This document shows positions 1-8,683 of a stretch of DNA of 64,000 bases, piece after piece. Where the stretch lies: NCBI GenBank assembly GCA_964202055.1, contig CAXNGS010000001.1, positions 32,186 through 96,185 of the forward strand. Direction: 5' to 3'. This DNA comes from Bdellovibrionota bacterium. Lineage in GTDB: Bacteria > Bdellovibrionota > UBA2428. The position numbers and the translations under genes are program-made. Under the pieces are notes generated by a model, which saw only the letters and a program-made list of their open reading frames with translations, was not told the DNA's origin and ran no database searches. How positions within the stretch are numbered: position 1 is the first letter of the stretch; each line of letters opens with the position of its first letter.

Positions 1-522
1 AAAGTAAGTGAAACAATTGCCAAAGGAAACTTGGTTTCCGACGAGCAAACTAACCAGATTTTTGAATCTCAACTACTTAAAATTATTAAAGAAAAAGCTC
101 CTGCAGTTATTCTGCTAGATGGCTACCCCAGGAACACTGCCCAGTCATCGGCACTTTTGAAACTCGTTAATCATACACAATTTCCAGCTCCGAAGATTTT
201 GGAATTAGAAGTTTCTGAAGCTTCCGTATTGGATCGATTGGGTGGGCGACTTGTAAATACCAAAACTGGAAGGGTCTATCATTCAGTTTATTCACCTCCT
301 AAAGTTGCTGGAATTTGTGATGAGGATGGATCTAAGTTGGTCCAGCGCCCTGACGATCGTCCTGAAACCATCAAATCGCGTTTTGCGCTCTATACTCGGG
401 AGCGAAATGGGATCGTTGATGCGCTCGTTACGGGGGGCGTGGGGCTGGTAAAAGTTGCTGGATCAAGGGCTCCAGAGGCTATTGAACAGGAATTAGAAAA
501 TAAAATTAAAGGCTGGTTATAG
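1..522 (+). CDS. adk: adenylate kinase (5' end outside window)
   Basis: The frame is open from nt 1 (KVSETIAKGNLVSDEQ...). It has the 'LLDGYPRN' NMP-binding motif and 'QRPDDRPETIKSRF'. It sits in the usual position upstream of rpmJ-rpsM. Confidence 0.9.
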   Translation, partial: KVSETIAKGNLVSDEQTNQIFESQLLKIIKEKAPAVILLDGYPRNTAQSSALLKLVNHTQFPAPKILELEVSEASVLDRLGGRLVNTKTGRVYHSVYSPPKVAGICDEDGSKLVQRPDDRPETIKSRFALYTRERNGIVDALVTGGVGLVKVAGSRAPEAIEQELENKIKGWL

Positions 523-620
523 GGTCAGTAAATACAATTGACTCGGAGAGAAATACGGTTAGAAGACTACGGGTTATTCTAAAGACCTTAAAGGTCTTTA
601 TTATTTGAAGGTTTAAAAAA

Positions 621-734
621 ATGAAAGTCAGAGCGTCTGTTAAAAAGATCTGTGAAAAATGTAAAATTGTTAAGCGTCGTGGTGTCTTGCGGGTTATCTG
701 TGAGAATCCAAAGCACAAACAAAAGCAAGGCTAA
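621..734 (+). CDS. rpmJ: 50S ribosomal protein L36
   Basis: Absent from the ORF track because it is only 37 aa. ATG at 621, TAA at 732-734. It translates to [37 protein letters not shown], the canonical L36 sequence with its C-x2-C...C...H ribbon. Confidence 0.95.
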   Translation: MKVRASVKKICEKCKIVKRRGVLRVICENPKHKQKQG

Positions 735-760
735 TTTAGGAAGCGAGGAAAAAACTTTTT

Positions 761-1144
761 ATGCCACGTATTGCCGGTGTTGACCTTCCAAGAAATAAGA
801 AACTCGAAATTGCACTTTTGTATGTGCACGGGCTAGGAAAAACTTCGATTAAGAAAATGCTTAAAGCACTTTCGATCGATCCTGCTAGTAAAAGTGATGT
901 ACTCGATGAATCAGCCGCAGCGTTGATTCGTGATTACTTAGAAAAAAATATCCAAGTTGAGGGCGACCTTCGGCGTAAGACAGGAATGAACATCAAGCGA
1001 TTGATCGATCTTCAGTCTTACCGCGGAATTCGTCACCGAAAAGGATTGCCGGTTCGTGGCCAACGAACTCGATCCAACGCGCGAACTCGTAAGGGTCCTC
1101 GCAAAACGGTTGCTGGTAAAGCATCTGTTAAATCACTGAAGTAA
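761..1144 (+). CDS. rpsM: 30S ribosomal protein S13
   Basis: Canonical N-terminus [14 protein letters not shown] and '[17 protein letters not shown]'. A GAGGA RBS lies upstream. Confidence 0.95.
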   Translation: MPRIAGVDLPRNKKLEIALLYVHGLGKTSIKKMLKALSIDPASKSDVLDESAAALIRDYLEKNIQVEGDLRRKTGMNIKRLIDLQSYRGIRHRKGLPVRGQRTRSNARTRKGPRKTVAGKASVKSLK

Positions 1145-1163
1145 GGTAAATGAGGATAGTTTA

Positions 1164-1577
1164 ATGACGACGACCACAACTCAAACAGCAACAGCTGATA
1201 CAGCAAAGAAGAAAAAATCCACCAAGAAGGTTCCTTCTCAAGGTGTGATTCACATCAATGCAAGTTTCAATAACACAATCGTGACTGTGACCGATCCTGC
1301 TGGCAACAGCTTGTTCTGGTCCACTTGCGGTAAAAAAGGTTTCCGTGGCGCTCGTAAGAGCACTCCATTCGCTGCGCAAGTTGCAACTGGTGAAGTCGCT
1401 CAATTGGCTTTCGATGCAGGAATGCGTGCAGTTGCTGTTGAAATCAAGGGACCTGGAGCTGGACGCGAATCTGCATTACGAGCAGTTGCCGCTGTAGGCT
1501 TAAGAGTTCTGAGCATTAAAGATGTAACCCCGATTCCTCATAATGGATGCCGTCCGCCGAAACGCAGACGTGTGTAA
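1164..1577 (+). CDS. rpsK: 30S ribosomal protein S11
   Basis: '[18 protein letters not shown]' and '[12 protein letters not shown]' signatures. It has a T/K-rich N-terminal extension (137 aa in total). Confidence 0.95.
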   Translation: MTTTTTQTATADTAKKKKSTKKVPSQGVIHINASFNNTIVTVTDPAGNSLFWSTCGKKGFRGARKSTPFAAQVATGEVAQLAFDAGMRAVAVEIKGPGAGRESALRAVAAVGLRVLSIKDVTPIPHNGCRPPKRRRV

Positions 1578-1624
1578 TTGTAAATAAGTTTTATTTAGAG
1601 TTTGGACAGGAGCGATTGTAATAT

Positions 1625-2647
1625 ATGATTCAAGAAAACTGGACCTCATTGATTCGTCCGAAATTTGTAGAAGTTGATCGTAGCACTTTGACCCCTGTGT
1701 ATGGTCGTTTCGTTGCCAAGCCTCTTGAACGCGGTTTTGGTCACACGGTTGGAAACGGTTTGCGCCGAATCCTTCTGAGCTCTCTTCAGGGCTGCGCGAT
1801 CACTGGCATTAAGTTTGATGGCGTTTTGCACGAGTTCTCGACCATCAACGATGTCACGGAAGACATGGTCGATATTATTTTGAATCTTAAAGGCGTTCGC
1901 GCTCGATTGAGCGGTGTTTCTCAAAAAACCGTAGTGATCGACAAAAAAGGTCCGGGTATCTTAACCGCGGCTGATTTGGGCGTAGATGATTCCATTCAAA
2001 TTTTGAATCCGACTCATCACATTGCGACTTTGGGCAAAGACGCTCACGTTCGTGGAGAAGTCACCATTCGGTGGGGGCGTGGCTACGTTCCTTCGGATCG
2101 TAACAAACAAGAAAATTCGCCAATCGGTACTGTTGCAGTCGATAGTATTTTCTCTCCTGTGACTCGAGTTAACTATTCTGTTTCAAACGCTCGCGTAGGA
2201 CAGCACACTGACTTTGATAAGCTGACTATGGATGTTTGGACTGATGGTTCAGTTTCTCCAGAACAAGCTTTAGCTTACGCTGCAAAAATCATGAAAGACC
2301 AAGTTTCTATCTTCATCAATTTCGACGAAGGCGTTGAAGTTGTTGAAACTAAGAAAGAGTCTGGCAAAAGCGACATTAATGAAAATCTATTCAAAAGTGT
2401 TGAAGAGTTGGAACTTTCGGTTCGTAGCGCGAACTGTTTGCAAAATGCAAACATCCGTTACATTTACGAATTGGTTCAAAAAACCGAAGCCGAAATGCTT
2501 CGCACTAAGAACTTTGGCCGTAAATCACTGAATGAAATTAAAGATATTTTGAACAGAATGGGTCTTAGCTTGGGAATGAAGTTGGATCTATCTGCAGAGT
2601 TGATTGCTGAGAAGACAAAAGAACTTAAGCACACTCAAGAAGTTTGA
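1625..2647 (+). CDS. rpoA: DNA-directed RNA polymerase alpha subunit
   Basis: 340 aa. The N-terminal domain has '[18 protein letters not shown]' and the C-terminal domain has '[23 protein letters not shown]'. An AGGAG RBS is present. It follows rpsK directly, with no rpsD between them. Confidence 0.95.
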   Translation: MIQENWTSLIRPKFVEVDRSTLTPVYGRFVAKPLERGFGHTVGNGLRRILLSSLQGCAITGIKFDGVLHEFSTINDVTEDMVDIILNLKGVRARLSGVSQKTVVIDKKGPGILTAADLGVDDSIQILNPTHHIATLGKDAHVRGEVTIRWGRGYVPSDRNKQENSPIGTVAVDSIFSPVTRVNYSVSNARVGQHTDFDKLTMDVWTDGSVSPEQALAYAAKIMKDQVSIFINFDEGVEVVETKKESGKSDINENLFKSVEELELSVRSANCLQNANIRYIYELVQKTEAEMLRTKNFGRKSLNEIKDILNRMGLSLGMKLDLSAELIAEKTKELKHTQEV

Positions 2648-2657
2648 GGTTTAGATA

Positions 2658-3152
2658 ATGAGACACAGAAAAAGAACAGCCAAACTTGGAGTTAAAACCG
2701 ATCATCGCAAAGCGATGCTGAGAAACTTGACCTTAGGTCTTTTGGAACATGGTCGTATTAAGACCACTGTTGCACGAGCAAAGCGTTTACGCTCTTTTGT
2801 TGAGCCGCTGGTTACTCGCTTGAAGAATCCTAGCGTTTCAAATATTCGCTTGGCTAATTCAGCATTAGCTAACCGAGCAGCAACTCTAAAAATTGCAAAA
2901 GAAATTTCTCCGAAATTTAGTGACCGCCCAGGTGGTTACACTCGAATCATGAAGCTTGCTACCCCACGTGTTGGTGATAATGCTTCATTGGCTTTGATTG
3001 AATGGTCTGATGAATCTTTGGTTCCAGCATATGCTGAAATGGTTGCTCCTAAAGGAAAAACCGAAAAGAAAGCAAAAGCTAAAACTGAAAAGAAGACTGA
3101 TTCAAAAAAGAAGCCATCTAAGAAGACTGAGACCGAAAGTTCTGAAGGATAA
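2658..3152 (+). CDS. rplQ: 50S ribosomal protein L17 with K/E/T-rich C-terminal tail
   Basis: 'MRHRKRTAKLG..DHRKAMLRNL' N-terminus and 'GGYTRI' motif. The last ~40 aa are a lysine-rich low-complexity tail. Confidence 0.95.
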   Translation: MRHRKRTAKLGVKTDHRKAMLRNLTLGLLEHGRIKTTVARAKRLRSFVEPLVTRLKNPSVSNIRLANSALANRAATLKIAKEISPKFSDRPGGYTRIMKLATPRVGDNASLALIEWSDESLVPAYAEMVAPKGKTEKKAKAKTEKKTDSKKKPSKKTETESSEG

Positions 3153-3177
3153 TCAGCCATCTTGAGTACCTTCTGAG

Positions 3178-3756
3178 ATGGGACTGCTTCGATTCACTAA
3201 GCTTTTTATCATGCTTTCGGTCCCCATTTTTGGGGCCCTTTACGTTTATCAATTTTCTAATCAATCGCGAAAAATCATTCGTCCTTTTGAGCCTACAAAG
3301 ATTCCAACCTTTGAAGTGAAGAGTCCCGGGAATTCAGAAATTATATCGCTCATTCCAACGTCGTCTTCAGTGACCTTGGTTAATTATTGGGCCACCAATT
3401 GTCCTCCATGTGTTGAGGAATTCCCTTCGATGTTAGAATTGCAGCGCCTGTTGGCTCCCAAGGGGCTTAAAATCGTTTTTATTAGCGTGGATGAGACTTG
3501 GGCTGATGTTGAAGCTTTCATGGCTAAATTCAATATAAAAGTGCCTGAGGGCCAGATGTTTTGGGATCCAACAAAATCAACAGCAAGTCGGTGGGGTTCC
3601 GATAAATATCCAGAGTCCTATGTTTTGAGGCCCGATGGGTGGATCGTGGAGAAGATTATTGGACAGCAAGATTGGACCCGCCCAGCGGTTTTGGATTATT
3701 TTAATGGTTTACTAGATAAGTTTGCGGGCTTGACTCCGGAGACAAAAATCAACTAG
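3178..3756 (+). CDS. membrane-anchored thioredoxin-fold thiol:disulfide oxidoreductase (TlpA/ResA-like)
   Basis: N-terminal TM helix, 'VNYWATNCPPCVEEFP' CxxC active site and an AhpC/TSA-like core. The start codon is uncertain. Confidence 0.75.
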   Translation: MGLLRFTKLFIMLSVPIFGALYVYQFSNQSRKIIRPFEPTKIPTFEVKSPGNSEIISLIPTSSSVTLVNYWATNCPPCVEEFPSMLELQRLLAPKGLKIVFISVDETWADVEAFMAKFNIKVPEGQMFWDPTKSTASRWGSDKYPESYVLRPDGWIVEKIIGQQDWTRPAVLDYFNGLLDKFAGLTPETKIN

Positions 3757-3800
3757 TTAATTTTGTGAAACTTAAAGAATAAAGGATAGGATCTGAATAA

Positions 3801-4106
3801 ATGGCAAAACTAAGTGTTGTACTGAGAAACGAAAAGCGCAAAAAAATGGCTGACAAACAAGCCGAGCAAAGAAAAACTTTGAGAGCTCAATCGATTGATC
3901 CAAAGCTTTCATTTGAAGAACGCGCTGCTGCTCAAACATCACTACAAGGTTTGGCTCGAAATGGTTCTATGACTCGAGTGGTGGTTCGTTGCTCGATGAC
4001 CGGTCGTGGTCGTGGCGTTTATCGTAAGTTTCAACTTTGCCGTATTAAATTTCGGGAATTGGCTCTTGAAGGCAAAATTCCTGGCGTGATGAAAGCAAGC
4101 TGGTAG
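3801..4106 (+). CDS. rpsN: 30S ribosomal protein S14 (long, non-zinc-ribbon form)
   Basis: 101 aa, with 'RNEKRKKM', '[39 protein letters not shown]'. It has only 2 Cys, so it is not the C4 zinc form. AAAGGA RBS. Confidence 0.9.
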   Translation: MAKLSVVLRNEKRKKMADKQAEQRKTLRAQSIDPKLSFEERAAAQTSLQGLARNGSMTRVVVRCSMTGRGRGVYRKFQLCRIKFRELALEGKIPGVMKASW

Positions 4107-4164
4107 TTTTTAGTTACTGTTAGACTGTAATTTTAGACCCTAAACTAAAATAATTTAAAGTTAT

Positions 4165-4205
4165 AAAAGCCGAGCAACGGAGACGTTGTTCGGCTTTTTA
4201 GTTTT
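4165..4205. terminator. rho-independent terminator after rpsN (A-run/T-run flanked, possibly bidirectional)
   Basis: GCCGAGCAACG (4169-4179) pairs with CGTTGTTCGGC (4184-4194) with one G:U. It is followed by TTTTTAGTTTTT and preceded by AAAA. Confidence 0.75.
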
Positions 4206-4415
4206 TACGAATCTCGTTTGGTCTTTTGCCGCACTTGTTTGCTTGGCCAAGTTGCTCTTAAAGGTGGGTTTTGACTTTTTTCTGCGAGAAAATAGGCAAG
4301 CTCATCAGCAGGGAACTTCACTTCAATAACGGAAATCTGGCAGACGCGCCGAGTCAGTCGGAAATCTGGATTCCAATTCGTTTAAGCCCATGGCATAGGC
4401 TGTTAAACTTGTGCT

Positions 4416-5618
4416 GTGAGTCCATGTGAAATTCGGCTGAGTCGAAAGGCTTTGCGAAATAATTTTGAGCTTTTGCAAAAGGTTTCAGGAAATTTTTCAC
4501 TGTTTCCGGTGATCAAGGCCAATGCTTATGGTCATGGTGCAAGTTTGATCGGGCGCTGTCTTGAAGATGATTTTTCAGTAAATCAATTGCCTTTATTTTG
4601 TGTAGCGCAAACCCAGGAAGCTCTTGAACTGAGAAAATCTGGATTGAATCGTGAAATTTTAGTTCTTAGTTTTTTCGAAAAAGAAGATTTTGGATTGGCC
4701 GCGGAAAATAATTTTTCGCTAGTGATGAGTTCAACTCGGGATTTGGAATGGCTCCTCGAGCAAAGTCCTGCGGTACAAAAAAAGACTCGCCTTCATTTAA
4801 AATTTAACACTGGCATGAATCGTTTGGGTTTTAGTTCGGAGGAAACTACCGATTTACTTAGTGATGGGGGCTTATTTGATAAACTTTTGAAAAGTTCGGC
4901 GTCGATTGAAGGACTGATGAGTCACTTGGCGCGATCCGAAGAAGATCCCAAAATCATGTCTCATCAGCAGGGGCAGGATTTAGAGGCGATTGTGAGCCGG
5001 GTGAATAAGCGACTTGGAGACTCGGGTAGACCCGCTTGTCGGTGGGTTCATTTGGCTAATTCAGCATCCCTGGATCGTGGACTGCTTCCCGGAGTGGCCA
5101 ATGCAGGTCGTCCCGGTTTGCGACTCTTGGGTGCCTTTCAAGATGTGGCCGATTTGAAGTCTGCTGAGACTGCCGGAGTGAAATTTATACCAGTTTTATC
5201 GATGCACGCTCAATTGCGCAAAGTGTTCGAGGTTCCGGCTGGATCGGGTGTGGGCTATGGCCAACGTTTTAAGGCCACTCGTAACAGTCTGATTGGCACT
5301 TTGGGGATGGGATATGCCGACGGAATACGTCGTCAGTGTTTGACTCAAACTCAGTCAGCGCTTGTTAAAAGCGTCTCGATTTTTGGGACCAGAGTCCCAA
5401 TTGTGGGGACTATCTCTATGGATATGGTTGGCATCGATTTGAGTGAGCATCCGCTGCGAGAAAAAATTCAGAAGGATTTTAAAACTCAAAGTCCGATCTG
5501 GGGAACTTGGATCGGCGAAGGCTTGGCTATTGAAGAAATCGCCGGTTCTTTAGGAACAATCAGTTATGAAATTTTTTGTGGTTTGAATCGAAGAATCAAA
5601 CGGAGTGTTGTCGAATGA
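4416..5618 (+). CDS. alr: alanine racemase
   Basis: 'PVIKANAYGHGA' PLP-lysine motif and 'SMDMV' near the C-terminus. 400 aa, GTG start. Its stop overlaps the next start (ATGA). Confidence 0.85.
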   Translation: MSPCEIRLSRKALRNNFELLQKVSGNFSLFPVIKANAYGHGASLIGRCLEDDFSVNQLPLFCVAQTQEALELRKSGLNREILVLSFFEKEDFGLAAENNFSLVMSSTRDLEWLLEQSPAVQKKTRLHLKFNTGMNRLGFSSEETTDLLSDGGLFDKLLKSSASIEGLMSHLARSEEDPKIMSHQQGQDLEAIVSRVNKRLGDSGRPACRWVHLANSASLDRGLLPGVANAGRPGLRLLGAFQDVADLKSAETAGVKFIPVLSMHAQLRKVFEVPAGSGVGYGQRFKATRNSLIGTLGMGYADGIRRQCLTQTQSALVKSVSIFGTRVPIVGTISMDMVGIDLSEHPLREKIQKDFKTQSPIWGTWIGEGLAIEEIAGSLGTISYEIFCGLNRRIKRSVVE

Positions 5619-6415
5619 ATTTTTTAAGACAATCTTTAGGCCGAATTTTTAATCCCTTTGTCGGGCCGATTACCGGGCTTGGACATTACGGAATCTTTGT
5701 TTTCGAATCGCTCCGATGGATCGTTCGGCCGCCTTTTCGAATGAGAGTGTTGATCGATGAAATCGAATTCATCGGAAATGAAAGTTTATTCATTGTTGCT
5801 TTGACTTCAATTTTTACCGGTGCAGTTTTTGCTTATCAAAGCTGGCTGGCTTTTGATTTGGTGGGAACTGAATCGTTGGTAGGTGCAAGTGTCGGTTTGG
5901 CTTTAGTTCGTAATTTGGGACCGGTGATGACATCAATTGTCGTTGCTGGAAGAGCCGGAGCGGCCATTGCCGCACAAATTGGCAATATGCGAGTCACTGA
6001 ACAATTGGATGCCTTGGAGGTGATGGCCATTTCCCCCAAACAATATTTAGTGCTCCCTAAAATTTTAGCGGGCGTGATCTGCTTGCCGCTGCTTGTTGGA
6101 TTTTTTGATTTGATCGGAAACTTAGGGGGCTATGTCGTAGCGGTCTATGTCTGTAACATCGATAAGGCTATCTATGTTGAAAAATTGAAATTTTTTCTAG
6201 CACCTTGGGACTTCTACCACGGCATCATTAAGGCCTTATTTTTTGGATTCACGCTCACTTCGATTGGTTGTTATAAGGGATTTTATTGCAAAGATGGCGC
6301 GCAAGGAGTGGGGCGTGCGACCAATGAGGCCGTGGTTTTCTCGTTCGTTACAATCTTAGTGATGGACTATTTTTTGAGCATCTACATTCCTACCGGGATT
6401 CGAACTCAAGGATGA
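5615..6415 (+). CDS. mlaE: MlaE-family ABC transporter permease
   Basis: Polytopic membrane protein with 'GPVMTSIVVAGRAGAAIAAQIGNMRVTEQLDALEVMAI', the MlaE/Ttg2B signature. I prefer the ATG at 5615 (ATGA overlap with alr) to the track start at 5576. Confidence 0.85.
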   Translation: MNFLRQSLGRIFNPFVGPITGLGHYGIFVFESLRWIVRPPFRMRVLIDEIEFIGNESLFIVALTSIFTGAVFAYQSWLAFDLVGTESLVGASVGLALVRNLGPVMTSIVVAGRAGAAIAAQIGNMRVTEQLDALEVMAISPKQYLVLPKILAGVICLPLLVGFFDLIGNLGGYVVAVYVCNIDKAIYVEKLKFFLAPWDFYHGIIKALFFGFTLTSIGCYKGFYCKDGAQGVGRATNEAVVFSFVTILVMDYFLSIYIPTGIRTQG

Positions 6416-6419
6416 TGCG

Positions 6420-7175
6420 ATGGAAAAAATAATTGAATTAGAGTTTCGTGATGTGTTTAAACATTTTGCAGGATCTCCTCATCCGACATTAAATAAGCTC
6501 AATTTATCTTGTGAAAAAGGGAAGATCCACGTTTTGATCGGACACTCCGGAGCTGGAAAAAGCGTAACCCTTAAACACGCCCTAAAATTAGTGGATCCAG
6601 ACGGGGGTCAAATTTTTGTCAAAGGCGAGGACATTGGACAAATAAAAGAGTCCGGTTTGAATGGATTGCGTAGTCATTTTGGAATGCTGTTTCAAAACTC
6701 GGCACTCTTTGATGGACTTTCGGTGAGTGAAAACATTTCTTTTCCGATGCGCGAAAAATTTCCCAAGCTTTTAGAGTCGGAATATTTAAACCGAGTTGAC
6801 GAGTTGTTGGCTTCAGTGGGTTTAGATGGTCAGCAAGACAAGATGCCGTCGCAATTATCTGGAGGTATGAGAAAACGAGTGGGGTTGGCCCGCGCCATAT
6901 GTTTGAAGCCCTCTATCTTGCTTTTTGATGAGCCAACCACGGGGCTTGACCCCCAAACTGCGGATTTAATCGATCGTCTAATTGTTCAAACTTCGCGGAA
7001 TCTTGGCGCTACTTCTTTGATTATTTCGCACGACGTTCATGCCGCACTTCGATTTGGCGATTTTGTGAGTATGATATGGGAAGGGAAGATCATTGAGACC
7101 GGCAGTCCCGACGAAATTCGTCGATCGGCTAATCCAGTGGTTCACCAGTTTTTGAAAAGCGCTGGAGCGTTATGA
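6420..7175 (+). CDS. mlaF: MlaF-family ABC transporter ATP-binding protein
   Basis: Walker A 'GHSGAGKS', signature 'LSGGMRKRVGLARA', Walker B 'ILLFDEPTTGLD'. Confidence 0.9.
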   Translation: MEKIIELEFRDVFKHFAGSPHPTLNKLNLSCEKGKIHVLIGHSGAGKSVTLKHALKLVDPDGGQIFVKGEDIGQIKESGLNGLRSHFGMLFQNSALFDGLSVSENISFPMREKFPKLLESEYLNRVDELLASVGLDGQQDKMPSQLSGGMRKRVGLARAICLKPSILLFDEPTTGLDPQTADLIDRLIVQTSRNLGATSLIISHDVHAALRFGDFVSMIWEGKIIETGSPDEIRRSANPVVHQFLKSAGAL

Positions 7176-8683
7176 AGGCACCCTCAAAAAATCTCAATCG
7201 AGAATTCCAAGTTGGTGTTTTTATATTTTTTGGTTTGCTCATTGTTGCGGCTTTTTCATTTCGGATCACCCAAACGCCCATTTTTCAGCAAGGCACGGAA
7301 TTTTCAACTTATTTAAGCGATGCCACCGGATTATTTGAACTTTCTAAAGTCAAAATGGCTGGCATCGATGTCGGAATCATCACTAAAATTGAATTAGAAA
7401 ATCGCAAGGCGAGAATTTCTCTGAAAATTTATCCCGGACTGGAAATCCCCTCGAATGCCAAAATTGTGCCCCGGCCACTGGGAATTCTAGGAGATAAATA
7501 CTTGGAGGTGGTCATTCCGGCCTCGGAAAAAATTCAGGAGAGCGACGGGAAAACTTCCTTCAATGAGTCACTGTACCTATTGGATGGGGTAGTGACTTGG
7601 GTTGCAGATCTTTTGGTTCCGTCGGCATACGGACAAAGTAAAAATTTAAAAAAGGGATCGAAGGTTATTGAATCGGTTGATTCACCGGTAACCATTGATG
7701 ACCTGACCCGTGAGTTGTCAAAAGTTGCTGAAGATATGAAGGCCATTTCCGAAAGCTTGCGAAAATTGGTCGAAGGTGGAGATCCTAAAAGTCCAATCGG
7801 CCGAACCCTTCGAAATACCGAAGAAGTGACCGGCGAATTGAATTCTATTCTTAAATCAAATTCCAAAGACATCACTGGCTTGATTGGTTCTTTGGGACGA
7901 GTGAGTCGAAAATTAGAACGAGTCTTAGATAGTGTCGATCGAGGACAGCTCGGTGATGACATTAATAATTTGGCACGCTCGGCAGAAAATCTAGGAAAAA
8001 CATTGAAAAGCATCGAATCGATTTCGTCTAAAATCGATAAGGGTGAAGGTAGCCTCGGACGTTTTATCAACGACCCGACAACAGCTGCAGAACTTAATAA
8101 AGCATTGGTCACGGTTAACAGCGCCTTGGATCGCGCCGAACGAACTAAAATTTTTATTGAGGCCTTGCCCGAGTATTCTCCACAGACGCGCGAAACAAAA
8201 ACTTTTGTGGGCTTGCGATTGGCGCCTCGGGAAAACAGTGCTTATTTAGGACAATTAATCATTGATAGTGAGGGTTCACGAAGCAAAAAAGTAACCACTG
8301 AAATCGTTAATGGTGGTGCTCCTACTGTCACTGAAACTTCTGTTGAAGATCGAAATTCCTTTAAATTCTCGCTTCAATTCATCAAGCGAGTTTATAATTT
8401 GGCCTTTAGGTTGGGAATTTTTGAAAGCACCGGCGGAGTGGCTTTGGATTTTTATCTATTGCGAGATCGCATTCACCTTGGAACGGAGTTTTTTGATTTT
8501 TCCAAGGAGTATCACGCGCAAGCTAATTTGAAGGTTTATGCTGATGTTCAGTTTGCCCCGGTTTTGTTTGTTCGTGCTTCGGTTGAAAACCTACTGGCTT
8601 CACCTAGTTACTCGGTAGGCTTGGGAGTTAGCTTCTCAGATGAAGATTTGAAAACGATTCTTTTGCTTCCGGGAGTTCGTTAA
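7172..8683 (+). CDS. long MCE/MlaD-family protein (503 aa)
   Basis: N-terminal TM helix followed by an MCE-like beta domain ('VKMAGIDVGIITKIEL...RPLGILGDKYLEV'), then helical repeats and a C-terminal domain. It overlaps mlaF by 4 nt. Confidence 0.7.
   Translation: MKAPSKNLNREFQVGVFIFFGLLIVAAFSFRITQTPIFQQGTEFSTYLSDATGLFELSKVKMAGIDVGIITKIELENRKARISLKIYPGLEIPSNAKIVPRPLGILGDKYLEVVIPASEKIQESDGKTSFNESLYLLDGVVTWVADLLVPSAYGQSKNLKKGSKVIESVDSPVTIDDLTRELSKVAEDMKAISESLRKLVEGGDPKSPIGRTLRNTEEVTGELNSILKSNSKDITGLIGSLGRVSRKLERVLDSVDRGQLGDDINNLARSAENLGKTLKSIESISSKIDKGEGSLGRFINDPTTAAELNKALVTVNSALDRAERTKIFIEALPEYSPQTRETKTFVGLRLAPRENSAYLGQLIIDSEGSRSKKVTTEIVNGGAPTVTETSVEDRNSFKFSLQFIKRVYNLAFRLGIFESTGGVALDFYLLRDRIHLGTEFFDFSKEYHAQANLKVYADVQFAPVLFVRASVENLLASPSYSVGLGVSFSDEDLKTILLLPGVR

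Noticed and set aside
5576-5614. N-terminal extension of the MlaE ORF given in the track (MWFESKNQTECCR...).
   Set aside because: It lies inside the alr coding end. The ATG at 5615 gives the classic ATGA stop/start overlap and a sensible MlaE N-terminus.
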